Source: an uncultured Pelagibacteraceae bacterium
GTDB lineage: Bacteria > Pseudomonadota > Alphaproteobacteria > Pelagibacterales > Pelagibacteraceae
Direction of reading: 5' to 3'
Assembly (NCBI GenBank): GCA_902560565.1
Contig: CACEMG010000001.1
Coordinates: 166,194-230,193 of the forward strand
Length of the DNA: 64,000 bases
This document shows positions 1-9,478 of the stretch, in pieces; position 1 is the stretch's first letter, and every line of letters begins with the position of its first letter. The translations under genes were made by a program, and so were the position numbers. The notes under the pieces were generated by a model that was given only the letters and a program-made list of their open reading frames with translations, made no database searches and was not told the DNA's origin.

Positions 1-3
1 TAA

Positions 4-891
4 ATGTCAGTCTTAATTGATAAAAACACGAAGATATTAATCCAAGGATTTACTGGAAAGATGGGAACTTTTCATGCGGAGGAAATGATTAAGTATGGAT
101 CAAATGTTGTAGGTGGTGTTACTCCAGGCAAAGGTGGGTCTAAACATTTAAATTTACCAGTTTTTAACACCGTAAAGGAGGCAGTGGAAACCACTGGTGC
201 CTCTGCTTCAATATTATTTGTACCTCCAGCTTTTGCTGCAGATTCCGCAATGGAGGCAGCCGATGCGGGTATAAAAACATGTGTTGCCATCGTTGATGGC
301 ATACCATCACATGATATGATTAGAATAAAACGGTATATGAGAAGATATTCTAGAGTACAGAAAATGACTTTAGTTGGACCTAACTGCGCAGGTGTAATCA
401 GCCCAGGTAAAGCAATGCTTGGAATTATGCCAGGTCATATTTACAAAGAAGGGAAAGTAGGAATTATTGGTAGATCAGGAACTCTTGGTTATGAAGCTGC
501 TCAACAAATGAAAAATTTAGGCATTGGAATTTCAACAAGTGTTGGAATAGGAGGAGACCCGATTAATGGAAGTTCTTTTAAAGATATTTTAGAAAAATTT
601 GAAGAAGATAAAGAAACGGATGCAGTTTTAATGATTGGTGAAATTGGTGGACCACAAGAAGTTGCAGCTGGAAAGTTTGCAAAAGAAAACATGAAAAAAC
701 CCGTAATAGCTTATATTGCTGGTTTAACAGCTCCAAAAGGCAGAGTTATGGGACACGCAGGCGCCATAGTTTCAGCATATGGAGAAAGTGCTGTCGAAAA
801 AGTGGAGCTTTTAAAAGAGTGTGGGGTTACGATTTCTAAAAACCCTTCAGTTATGGGGGAAACTGTTAAATCAGTACTAGTTAAAAAATAG
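4..891 (+). CDS. sucD: Succinate/malate--CoA ligase alpha subunit (SucD family, with MtkB-like signatures)
   Basis: VGGVTPGKGG, GPNCAG, RSGTLGYE, GIGGDP and phospho-His motif MGHAGA. A TAA at 1-3 directly precedes the ATG, suggesting an upstream operon partner. Confidence 0.9.
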   Translation: MSVLIDKNTKILIQGFTGKMGTFHAEEMIKYGSNVVGGVTPGKGGSKHLNLPVFNTVKEAVETTGASASILFVPPAFAADSAMEAADAGIKTCVAIVDGIPSHDMIRIKRYMRRYSRVQKMTLVGPNCAGVISPGKAMLGIMPGHIYKEGKVGIIGRSGTLGYEAAQQMKNLGIGISTSVGIGGDPINGSSFKDILEKFEEDKETDAVLMIGEIGGPQEVAAGKFAKENMKKPVIAYIAGLTAPKGRVMGHAGAIVSAYGESAVEKVELLKECGVTISKNPSVMGETVKSVLVKK

Positions 892-892
892 A

Positions 893-1237
893 ATGAGCAA
901 ATTTAAGATCATTGCTTTTTTAGTTTTAGGCTTCATTGTTTATAAAGTTTTTGTTGCAGTAAAAGATTTTGAAGTAGGCCTTGATAAAAGGATAGAGAAA
1001 GTTGAAGCTTTAGGTATAGGTGAAGAAGAGGAAGTAATTGGTTTAATGATGTACTTGGGAGACCCCGAAGATCTAGTATTAGTAGAACACCTATTAGTCA
1101 AAAATAGATCAAAATGTCTAGATATGAAAAAGAATGCAGAAGAAGTCTCAAATGCTTATTATGAATGTGCTAAATTAAATGCTATTGTTAAAGAGGGAAA
1201 AATTATTACAGTGATTGAGGAACTTGAAGTTTTGTAA
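893..1237 (+). CDS. Hypothetical protein with N-terminal membrane anchor
   Basis: 114 aa ORF tightly packed between neighbours (1 nt gap, 1 nt overlap); hydrophobic N-terminus; two Cys; no family recognised. Confidence 0.65.
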   Translation: MSKFKIIAFLVLGFIVYKVFVAVKDFEVGLDKRIEKVEALGIGEEEEVIGLMMYLGDPEDLVLVEHLLVKNRSKCLDMKKNAEEVSNAYYECAKLNAIVKEGKIITVIEELEVL

Positions 1238-1602
1238 TGAGATATGATGATGATAATATTTTCGCTAAAATTTTAAGGGGAGAAATTCCTTGCAAGAAGA
1301 TATATGAAGACGAATTTGTTTTATCTTTTCATGATATAAACCCCCAAAAAAAAATTCATGCATTGGTTATTCCAAAAGGAAAGTATACTGATTTAGATGA
1401 TTTTTGTAAAAATGCCTCTTCAAAAGAAATGGTGGGAATATTTAAGGGAATCGAAATAGTTTCGAAAAAACTTGGTATTTCAATTGAAGGTGGAAAAGGC
1501 TATCGAGCCCTGACTAATATTGGTGAAGATGGTGGTCAAGAAGTTCCACATTTACATTTTCATTTATTTGGTGGAGAAAAAGTTGGGAAAATGGTTTCAT
1601 GA
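1237..1602 (+). CDS. hinT: HIT (histidine triad) nucleotide hydrolase, HinT-like
   Basis: NIFAKILRGEIP N-terminus and GQEVPHLHFHL triad. Confidence 0.9.
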   Translation: MRYDDDNIFAKILRGEIPCKKIYEDEFVLSFHDINPQKKIHALVIPKGKYTDLDDFCKNASSKEMVGIFKGIEIVSKKLGISIEGGKGYRALTNIGEDGGQEVPHLHFHLFGGEKVGKMVS

Positions 1603-2102
1603 TAGAAAATATTGAAAGGTTTTACCTTGAAATAAAATCGATAAAGAACTTGAAAATAAAAATTGTGCCATCGGATAATTTTACAATAAAAGAGGCAAGT
1701 AAAAATAATTTTGATTTAAATAAGTTTTTTTACAAACAAATTGGAAAAAAACATCAATGGGTTGATAGATTGATTTGGCTAGATAAAAATTGGATGGATT
1801 ATATTTCAAATAAAAACTTGAAAACATTTATTTTACAAAAAAATAATGAGTATATTGGTTATTTTGAACTTATTTTTCACAAAAATGACTGCGAAATAGC
1901 ATATTTTGGTATTTTGGAGGAACATATTGGTAGAGGTTATGGAGGTTTCTTGCTTTCAGAAGCTTTAAAAATTGGTTTAAAGAATTCTAATAGAGTATGG
2001 GTTCATACCTGCACATTGGATCATCCGAATGCAATAGAAAATTATAAGTCTAGGGGAATGAAAATTTTTAAGACAGAAATTTTAAAAAGAAGAGCCATCT
2101 AG
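1599..2102 (+). CDS. GNAT family N-acetyltransferase
   Basis: IAYFGILEEHIGRGYGG acetyl-CoA motif and VWVHTCTLDHPNA..NYK.RG. Confidence 0.85.
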   Translation: MIENIERFYLEIKSIKNLKIKIVPSDNFTIKEASKNNFDLNKFFYKQIGKKHQWVDRLIWLDKNWMDYISNKNLKTFILQKNNEYIGYFELIFHKNDCEIAYFGILEEHIGRGYGGFLLSEALKIGLKNSNRVWVHTCTLDHPNAIENYKSRGMKIFKTEILKRRAI

Positions 2103-2112
2103 GAGAAATAAC

Positions 2113-2949
2113 TTGATTATTTGGATAGCATCATACCCTAAAAGCGGTAACACTTGGGTTAGATCTATAATCTCCTCCTATTTTTTTTCGAATACAGGAG
2201 ATTTTGATTTTAGTTTGTTAAAAAAGATTTCGTTATATCCCGGACCGAAATACTTTAAAAAAAACATCGATAAACCAGGTGAGGTAAGTTTATATTGGGA
2301 AGATTCACAAAGAAATATAATACAAAGTGAACAACAAACATTTCTAAAAACTCACAATGCTTTAGTGGCATTAAATAATAGAAGTTTTACGACAGAAAAA
2401 ACTACTCTTGGTGCAATTTATATAATTAGAGATCCTAGAAATATATTATCATCACTTAAAAATCACTATGGATTTAATGATTATAATGAAACATTTGAGT
2501 TTATGAAAAACAAAAAAAAATACATCTGGGATGTTAGAAAGAAAAATGATTTCAGTGGGTTCCAATTTCTTGGATCATGGACAGATCACTATAAATCTTG
2601 GATTGAGAATACAAAATTCAAAACCCTTATAATAAAATACGAAGATTTAGAGAAAGATTGTTATTCCACTTCTCATAAAATAATTAAATTCATATTAATG
2701 CTAAATGGACAAAATACAAAAGTAGATGAAAAAAAAATTTTTAGATCAATACAAACAACAAAATTTGATATTTTAAAAAAAAAAGAGAACGACACAGGTT
2801 TTGAGGAAAGTATTAAAATTAATGATATAAAAAGATCTTTTTTCTTCTTAGGCCCTGAAAATAATTGGGAAAATAAACTTCCAAAAGAAATATTATCTAA
2901 AGTTGAAAATGAATTTAAGGAAGGGTTAAATTATTTCAATTATTTGTAG
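2113..2949 (+). CDS. PAPS-dependent sulfotransferase domain protein
   Basis: 5'-PSB loop SYPKSGNTW, KTH, 3'-PB motif IRDPRN..SS, KYEDL. TTG start with TAGGAG upstream. Confidence 0.88.
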   Translation: MIIWIASYPKSGNTWVRSIISSYFFSNTGDFDFSLLKKISLYPGPKYFKKNIDKPGEVSLYWEDSQRNIIQSEQQTFLKTHNALVALNNRSFTTEKTTLGAIYIIRDPRNILSSLKNHYGFNDYNETFEFMKNKKKYIWDVRKKNDFSGFQFLGSWTDHYKSWIENTKFKTLIIKYEDLEKDCYSTSHKIIKFILMLNGQNTKVDEKKIFRSIQTTKFDILKKKENDTGFEESIKINDIKRSFFFLGPENNWENKLPKEILSKVENEFKEGLNYFNYL

Positions 2950-3499
2950 GAGAAGGTAGTTTAAATTGATCTTTCTTTATCTGAACGTTTTTCTCCAAAT
3001 TAAATAAATAAGTGATTACTAAATTTTGATATATATCCACATTTTGCCATCCAACTAAATTATAAGAACTTATATCGAAAAAAATATTAATTTGATTATC
3101 TCCCTCTACAAACTTGTATCTTAAATATTTATTATCTACAATATCGCCTTTATTAGATCTGATTTTCTGAAGTAAAAAATTCTTATCTAAAATTAAATTA
3201 AAAGCAGTTTTTTCTATAGGATAAATATAATATTGATTATTTTTAAGATTTTGAATAACTAAATTTTTTCCATCAGAAACTAATATTTTTTTACTTTCTT
3301 TATACTTACAAAAAATTTTTTTTGGATACTCAACTACACAACTTCCCTCCTGATTTTTTTCATCAATATTTTGTTTAAATTTAAAAGATAAATTTCTAGT
3401 TTCACTAAAATTTTTTATTATATTCTTTTCAACAGAAGCTTTAGCGTTATTTGAATGAAATATCAAAAGTAAAAAAAAAAATATTATTAACCTTTCCAT
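2936..3499 (-). CDS. lolA: Outer membrane lipoprotein carrier protein LolA
   Basis: Signal peptide, F.F.Q, P.K...Y, LVSDGK motif; directly downstream of ftsK. Confidence 0.8.
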   Translation of the reverse strand: MERLIIFFFLLLIFHSNNAKASVEKNIIKNFSETRNLSFKFKQNIDEKNQEGSCVVEYPKKIFCKYKESKKILVSDGKNLVIQNLKNNQYYIYPIEKTAFNLILDKNFLLQKIRSNKGDIVDNKYLRYKFVEGDNQINIFFDISSYNLVGWQNVDIYQNLVITYLFNLEKNVQIKKDQFKLPSPTNN

Positions 3500-5577
3500 T
3501 AATTTATTACATCCCTTTTACCTACATGATTTGCTTTACTAACGATTCCCTCTGTCTCCATTGTATCAATAATTCGAGCAGCTCTATTATAACCAATTTG
3601 CAGTTTTCTTTGTAAAAAAGATGTTGAGGCCTTACCCTCTGTCCTAATTATTTCAACAGCGGTCTCATATAACTCATCTTTATCATCACTCTTCCCAGTA
3701 TTAGCCAAATGTTTTTCATCGCCATAACTTAAAATTTCGTCAAAGTATTCTGCTTCTCCTTGGGATCTTAAAAATCCATTTATTTTTTCAATTTCAGTTT
3801 CTGATACATATGGCCCGTGTATCCTTATAATTCTATTAGCAGATGTCATATAGAGCATATCTCCTTTGCCAAGAAGTTGTTCTGCTCCTTGCTCACCTAA
3901 AATTGTTCTGCTGTCAATTTTAGATGTAACTTGAAATGATATTCTCGTTGGGAAATTAGCTTTAATGGTACCTGTTATAACATCTACACTTGGTCTTTGA
4001 GTTGCCATTATAATGTGAATTCCTGCAGCCCTAGCCATTTGAGATAATTTCTGAATATAATTTTCTATTTCTTTACCAGCTACCAACATCAAATCAGACA
4101 TTTCATCGACAATTACAACGATATATGGCATTGGGAGTGAATGTTTTTCATTATATCCATCAATATTTCTTACACCTTCCTTTGTCATAAGTCGGTATCG
4201 GTTTTCCATTTCCTTCACAACCCATCCCAATACTGATGCAGCCCTCTTTGGCTCTGTTATAACTGGACACAAAAGATGCGGAATTCTTTCATAAGTTGAT
4301 AACTCAAGCATTTTAGGATCAATTAATATAAATTTACATTTATCTGGTGTGAGTTTATATAAAATAGATAAAATAATAGTATTAATACAAACTGATTTTC
4401 CAGAACCCGTTGTACCTGCAATTAGTAAATGTGGCATTGAAGTGAGGTCTCCAATGATAGCATTACCCGAAATACTTTTTCCTAAAGCGATAGGCAATTT
4501 AATATCTTTTTTTCTAAATTCTTTACTAGAAATAATTTCACTTAAATAAACATTTTCTCTTACTGTATTAGGTAATTCTATTCCTATTGTGCTTCTTCCA
4601 GGTATCGTTGATATTCTTGCAGACTCGGAACTTGTATTTCTTGCAATATCCTCCGAAAGATTAATAACTTTAGAAACTTTAATTCCCGCAGCAGGTTCAA
4701 ATTCATTTAAGGTTACGACTGGTCCGTGACTGACTTTAGTAATATTTCCCTCGACTCCAAAATCTAACAAAATTTTTTCAAGACTTTTTTGATTATAATT
4801 ATCTTGCGATATATTCTTTTTACTGAAGTCTTTTGGTTGAGTTTTCAAAAAATCAACAGATGGTAGCTTCATAGCTTTTTTATTCCCATTTTTAATTTTA
4901 GAAAAATTATCGAACGTAAAGTTTTCTTGAATATCCGAATTTTTTTGAGTTATGTTATTTTCCAAATTTTCATTTTTATTTAAAACTAGATTTTTCTCCT
5001 CTTTCCTTTTTAGAAAGTTATTTTTTATATTAATAAAATAATTAAACTTAAAATTAATACTTAACATAAAAAAAAATATAATGAAAAATATTGAAGAAAA
5101 ATAAAAAATTTGTTCATTTAACACTATTAATTTTTTAAAAAAGCTATCATTTAAAAAATTTCCTATAAAACCACCATTTCCACTTGCTAATAAAAAAAAG
5201 GAGTCATGATAAAAGAAAGATAAATAAATAGATCCTACCAAACAATATAAAACTATAAAAAAAAGGTTTTCAAATACAATTATAATTTTTTTATTAAAGA
5301 AGATATTTATACCAGTGATCATAATGGTTATAGGGATTAAAAAAGACATTAAGCCAATAGCTTGAAAAAAAAAATCAGACATTAAACTTCCCTTAAACCC
5401 TAAAAAATTTTTTATATTTTTATTATCCGAAAATATAAAATTAGGATCATCCGGAGAGTATGAAATCAAAGATAATAAAAATAATAAACCAATAATAATA
5501 ATTATAATGCCAAATAATTGAATAATCCTAGATAAGATAATATTCGCGGTATTTAATAATATATTTTTGAGGCTCAT
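3499..5577 (-). CDS. ftsK: DNA translocase FtsK
   Basis: N-terminal TM segments, PHLLIAGTTGSGKS Walker A, ATQRPSVDV, gamma domain LQRKLQIGYNRAARII. Confidence 0.97.
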   Translation of the reverse strand: MSLKNILLNTANIILSRIIQLFGIIIIIIGLLFLLSLISYSPDDPNFIFSDNKNIKNFLGFKGSLMSDFFFQAIGLMSFLIPITIMITGINIFFNKKIIIVFENLFFIVLYCLVGSIYLSFFYHDSFFLLASGNGGFIGNFLNDSFFKKLIVLNEQIFYFSSIFFIIFFFMLSINFKFNYFINIKNNFLKRKEEKNLVLNKNENLENNITQKNSDIQENFTFDNFSKIKNGNKKAMKLPSVDFLKTQPKDFSKKNISQDNYNQKSLEKILLDFGVEGNITKVSHGPVVTLNEFEPAAGIKVSKVINLSEDIARNTSSESARISTIPGRSTIGIELPNTVRENVYLSEIISSKEFRKKDIKLPIALGKSISGNAIIGDLTSMPHLLIAGTTGSGKSVCINTIILSILYKLTPDKCKFILIDPKMLELSTYERIPHLLCPVITEPKRAASVLGWVVKEMENRYRLMTKEGVRNIDGYNEKHSLPMPYIVVIVDEMSDLMLVAGKEIENYIQKLSQMARAAGIHIIMATQRPSVDVITGTIKANFPTRISFQVTSKIDSRTILGEQGAEQLLGKGDMLYMTSANRIIRIHGPYVSETEIEKINGFLRSQGEAEYFDEILSYGDEKHLANTGKSDDKDELYETAVEIIRTEGKASTSFLQRKLQIGYNRAARIIDTMETEGIVSKANHVGKRDVIN

Positions 5578-5644
5578 AATATTTAAAAAGTATATTAATC
5601 ACTTTGTATCATTTAATATTTATTGTTAAAATTAAAATTTAAAT

Positions 5645-6736
5645 ATGAAAATTTGTATAATAGGAATGAATTTGACAAGCCTTGTTCTGTCTAAGGCGCT
5701 GGTAAATAATGGTTGTATTGTTAATATTTTTAATTTTAGTAAAAAAAAATTAACTAATTATTCAACCAGAACAATAGGAATAAGTAGTAGTAATATAGAT
5801 TTTATAAATACAAATATTATTTACCTCAAAACCAAACAGCTTCATAACATAAAAAAAATTAGTATTTTATCTGAGAAAAAAGAGGAAATTATTAAGTTTT
5901 GTAATAAGGATGAAAACTTATTTTCATTAATTCAGGTGAATAACTTATATAATATCTTATATGGTAGTTTAAAATTTAATAAACTATTTAGCCTAAGCAC
6001 TTTGGATGAAAAGACCTTTAAAAAAAGTAATTTTCAGAGCAACTTTGATCTAATAATTAATTGTGAAAAAAATAATTTTATTTCAAAAAAGTATTTTAGT
6101 GAAAAATTTAAAAAGAATTATAATAGTATTGCTTACACCTCTATAATTCACCATCAAAAAATAGATAATATTGAAGCTAGGCAATATTTCACTGATGCTG
6201 GTCCTTTAGCTTTTTTACCTCTATCTTCAAAAATAACCTCTATAGTTTTTTCAGCATACGATAACAGAAAATTTGATGATCAAAATCTTAAAAAATTCAT
6301 TTTTAACTACAAAGGTATTTTAAATATTAAAAAATTTTCTGAATTTCAAAAGGCAAGATTAGACTTTTCCTTGGCAAGAAAATATTATGTTAATAATATT
6401 TTGTTATTTGGTGATGGTTTACATCAGATACACCCCTTAGCAGGACAAGGTTTTAATATGACAATAAGAGACTTAAAAATTTTATTAAAGATAATAAAAG
6501 AAAAAATTAGCAATGGATTGGAATTAGATTCACTATGTTTAAAAAATTTTGAAGAGTCAACAAAACATAAAAATTTTTTTTTTTCAGAGGGCGTAAATTT
6601 TATTCACGACTTTTTTAGAATTAAAAATAGTTTTGGTAAAGATAACATCAACAATATTGTAAAAAAAGTTGGGAAAAATAAAAAAGTAAAAAATTTGTTT
6701 ATTAAGGCAGCAGATGAGGGTATTGCCCTTTTTTAA
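5645..6736 (+). CDS. ubiH: UbiH/UbiI/COQ6-family FAD-dependent ubiquinone hydroxylase (divergent)
   Basis: GPLAFLPL and GDGLHQIHPLAGQGFNM..RD motifs; the N-terminal GxGxxG motif is degenerate. Confidence 0.7.
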   Translation: MKICIIGMNLTSLVLSKALVNNGCIVNIFNFSKKKLTNYSTRTIGISSSNIDFINTNIIYLKTKQLHNIKKISILSEKKEEIIKFCNKDENLFSLIQVNNLYNILYGSLKFNKLFSLSTLDEKTFKKSNFQSNFDLIINCEKNNFISKKYFSEKFKKNYNSIAYTSIIHHQKIDNIEARQYFTDAGPLAFLPLSSKITSIVFSAYDNRKFDDQNLKKFIFNYKGILNIKKFSEFQKARLDFSLARKYYVNNILLFGDGLHQIHPLAGQGFNMTIRDLKILLKIIKEKISNGLELDSLCLKNFEESTKHKNFFFSEGVNFIHDFFRIKNSFGKDNINNIVKKVGKNKKVKNLFIKAADEGIALF

Positions 6737-7381
6737 TTACTGTATAGTTTTGTTGCTAAACTCATCTAGAGTGTAAGTCTTTAAAATGTCTTCCAACATT
6801 AATTTTCTTGTATTGAGGTCTTTTGTTTCTAACAATACTTGTTTTTCCTCCAAGGAAAAGGGTGAAGCCATTGATAACGTATTTAGAGTATTTGAAAAAT
6901 CTTGTTTTTTTAAGTTAGACCAGTCAACCATAAAGCCTTTCTTTTCAAAAAGACTTTTTAAATCTTGAAAAATTTTATCTAATTCTGTAACATTTAATTC
7001 TTCAATTTTATTATCTAAATCTTTAATATAATTTCGATAGTTAACTTTGCACAATCGATAAAGTCTATCAGTATCAATTTCTTCATCAATATTAAACCTA
7101 CTTACACCGTTAATAATAATCAAATAACGCCCATCTTCTGTTTCATTAAAGCTTGTTATTTTTCCAATGCAGCCAACTTCATATAAATCAGGTTTTTTTA
7201 ATTCACCACTTTTCTTTGGTTGAACCATCCCAATCATTCTGTGAGATTTCATACTATCATTTATCATTTGAATATATCTAGGCTCGAAGATATTTAGAGG
7301 TACGGTAGTATTAGGAAAAATAATAAAATTTGATAATGGAAAAATGGGTATTGTTGAAGGAAGTTTCTTTAATTCGTCCAT
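6737..7381 (-). CDS. LON peptidase N-terminal (substrate-binding) domain protein
   Basis: IPIFPL...FP...PLNIFEPRY..M, DGRYLI, EKQ.LLE; no ATPase or protease domain. Confidence 0.9.
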   Translation of the reverse strand: MDELKKLPSTIPIFPLSNFIIFPNTTVPLNIFEPRYIQMINDSMKSHRMIGMVQPKKSGELKKPDLYEVGCIGKITSFNETEDGRYLIIINGVSRFNIDEEIDTDRLYRLCKVNYRNYIKDLDNKIEELNVTELDKIFQDLKSLFEKKGFMVDWSNLKKQDFSNTLNTLSMASPFSLEEKQVLLETKDLNTRKLMLEDILKTYTLDEFSNKTIQ

Positions 7382-7473
7382 AAAAAAATTGGTTTTATTT
7401 TTAAAATTTAAAATATAATAATTTTTCTAATTATAGTACAAATATTTTAATATAAATATTTCTATTTTGTCAC

Positions 7474-7502
7474 TTGCTAAATTTTTAAAAACCCACTAAT
7501 TT
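7474..7502 (+). promoter_or_regulatory. Putative sigma70 promoter for tRNA-Gly
   Basis: TTGCTA-17 nt-TAATTT, ending 16 nt upstream of the tRNA. Confidence 0.45.
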
Positions 7503-7518
7503 TAACTTTTGTAAACAT

Positions 7519-7593
7519 GCGGGCATAGCTCAGTGGTAGAGCGTCTCGTTGCCAACGAGAAGGTCGTGGGTTCAAGTCCCATTGCCCGCTCCA
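7519..7593 (+). tRNA. tRNA-Gly (anticodon GCC)
   Basis: Acceptor stem GCGGGCA/TGCCCGC, D arm AGCTCAGTGGTAGAGC, anticodon arm TCTCG-TTGCCAA-CGAGA, T loop GGTTCAAGTCC, encoded CCA. Confidence 0.97.
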
Positions 7594-7604
7594 AAGGAGA
7601 AAAA

Positions 7605-7943
7605 ATGACTGATTTAGCTGATAAAAAATGTATTCCTTGCGAAGGCGGGATACCAAGTTTTGATCTTAAAGAAATTCACAAGTATTTGAAAAAAATCGAT
7701 GGTTGGGATGTTAAAACTGACGATGATAAAACATATTATTTATTAAAAGAATTTAAATTTAAAAATTTTTTAGAAAGTCAAAACTTTGTAAATAAAGTTG
7801 GAAATATTGCAGAAAATGAAGGCCACCATCCAGATATTCGGTTTGGTTGGGGATATGCCGGAATTAAAATTTTTACACACGCAATTAATGGCTTGCATGA
7901 AAGTGACTTTGTTTTAGCAGCTAAAATAGATAAATTATTTTAG
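7605..7943 (+). CDS. phhB: Pterin-4-alpha-carbinolamine dehydratase (PCD/PhhB family)
   Basis: CIPCEGG, AENEGHHPDI, TH..GL.ESDF..AAKID. True start is ATG 7605 after the SD AAGGAG; the ORF-track start at 7533 lies inside the tRNA. Confidence 0.9.
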   Translation: MTDLADKKCIPCEGGIPSFDLKEIHKYLKKIDGWDVKTDDDKTYYLLKEFKFKNFLESQNFVNKVGNIAENEGHHPDIRFGWGYAGIKIFTHAINGLHESDFVLAAKIDKLF

Positions 7944-9478
7944 TGTCTAAAATGTCTTGTGTTTGAAAAGAGCAAAATTGTTCCAGTTTCATTTGCAAAA
8001 TTTATAATTTCTTTATCTCTTATAGACCCACTAGGCTGAACTATTCCTGAAATTCCGCTTTGAACTAATTTTTCGATCCCATCAACAAAAGGGAAAAAAG
8101 CATCCGATGCTGCCAATATTTCCTTATTAGATATATCATGAAACTCATTCATTTTTTTAATAGCCACATCACAACTATCTAATCTACTTGGCTGGCCTGA
8201 CCCAATACCAATTGTAGATTTTTCATTTGTCAAAACTATAGCATTAGATTTTACAAATCTACAAACATGAAACGCAAAAATTAGATTTTGAAAAGTTTTT
8301 TTATTAGGTTTATTTTTAGAAACAACTTTAAAATCACTGTATTTGAAATTTTTGATATCTGGATTTTGAATTAGAGCAATTTCTGTATTTGAAATAAAAT
8401 TGTTTCTGTTTGAAATTTTATAATTTTCACTATTGATCAAACGGACATTTTTTTTTCTTTTAAGAATAGACAAAGCATCCTTATCGAATCCATTTCCTAT
8501 AATGACCTCAAAAAATAATTTATTAAGTTCTAGGGCTAATTTCTTATTAATAATAAAATTACAAGAAACAATTCCTCCGAACGCACTTACTGGATCACAT
8601 TTGTGTGCAAGCATGAAACTTTCTATTTTATTTTCATGCATTGAGACGCCACAAGGATTACCATGTTTGACTATAACTGTCCCTTTATTGTTTGGAAATG
8701 TTTTTGATATTTGTAATGCTGCAAAAATATCATTATAGTTATTATAACTCAATTGTTTTCCATTTAATTTATAAAGATCTAAATTATCTGATTTACCATA
8801 GATAGCTCCCTTTTGGTGAGGATTTTCACCGTATCTGAGTTTTTCAAAACGTTTAAATCCTAAAATAATTTTTTTTGAAAAATTGTTTGGAGAAGCATTA
8901 CTAAAATAATTATAAATTAATGACTCATAGAAGGCAGTTTCCTCAAAAGCTTCTAAAGCAGTTTGTTTTCTAAATTCTAAAGAGGTAGCACCTTTATTTT
9001 GATTCATGTTTTTTATTAAACTTTCATATTGTGACACATTGGTAATCACAGTAACGTCTTTATAATTTTTTGCCGCTGCGCGAACCATAGTGGGACCACC
9101 AATATCAATATTTTCCAGGATTTTTTCGTTATTCTTTGTTTTTTTAATTACACTTTCAAATGGATAAAAATTTACTATTACTAAGTCAATTTCATCGTAA
9201 TTATTTCTTTTTAAATCTTTTTTGTGCAATCTTGATTGCCTTTTTGCAAGTATACCTGCATATATTTTTGGATGAAGTGTTTTTACTCTACCTGATAAAA
9301 TTTCCGCACTATTAGTAAATTTTGAAACTTCTTCACAATGAAAACCTAGTCTTTTAATTTCTTTAAAAGTTCCTCCCGAACTAATGAATTTTATTTTATA
9401 TTTATTCAAGTTATTTACGAGAAATTTCAAATTATTTTTATCTGATACAGAAATTAATGCTCGTTTAATTTTTTTCAT
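7940..9478 (-). CDS. purH: Bifunctional AICAR transformylase/IMP cyclohydrolase
   Basis: RALISVSDK, GRVKTLHP, LRYGENPHQ, ASDAFFPF, RHFRH C-terminus. Confidence 0.97.
   Translation of the reverse strand: MKKIKRALISVSDKNNLKFLVNNLNKYKIKFISSGGTFKEIKRLGFHCEEVSKFTNSAEILSGRVKTLHPKIYAGILAKRQSRLHKKDLKRNNYDEIDLVIVNFYPFESVIKKTKNNEKILENIDIGGPTMVRAAAKNYKDVTVITNVSQYESLIKNMNQNKGATSLEFRKQTALEAFEETAFYESLIYNYFSNASPNNFSKKIILGFKRFEKLRYGENPHQKGAIYGKSDNLDLYKLNGKQLSYNNYNDIFAALQISKTFPNNKGTVIVKHGNPCGVSMHENKIESFMLAHKCDPVSAFGGIVSCNFIINKKLALELNKLFFEVIIGNGFDKDALSILKRKKNVRLINSENYKISNRNNFISNTEIALIQNPDIKNFKYSDFKVVSKNKPNKKTFQNLIFAFHVCRFVKSNAIVLTNEKSTIGIGSGQPSRLDSCDVAIKKMNEFHDISNKEILAASDAFFPFVDGIEKLVQSGISGIVQPSGSIRDKEIINFANETGTILLFSNTRHFRH

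Noticed and set aside
7533-7604. N-terminal extension of the 136-aa ORF
   Set aside because: It is a reading of tRNA-Gly; the real start is ATG 7605 with an SD.
7519-7943. tRNA-Gly as an integration site or island boundary
   Set aside because: No integrase and no duplicated tRNA 3' end were seen; the flanking genes are housekeeping.
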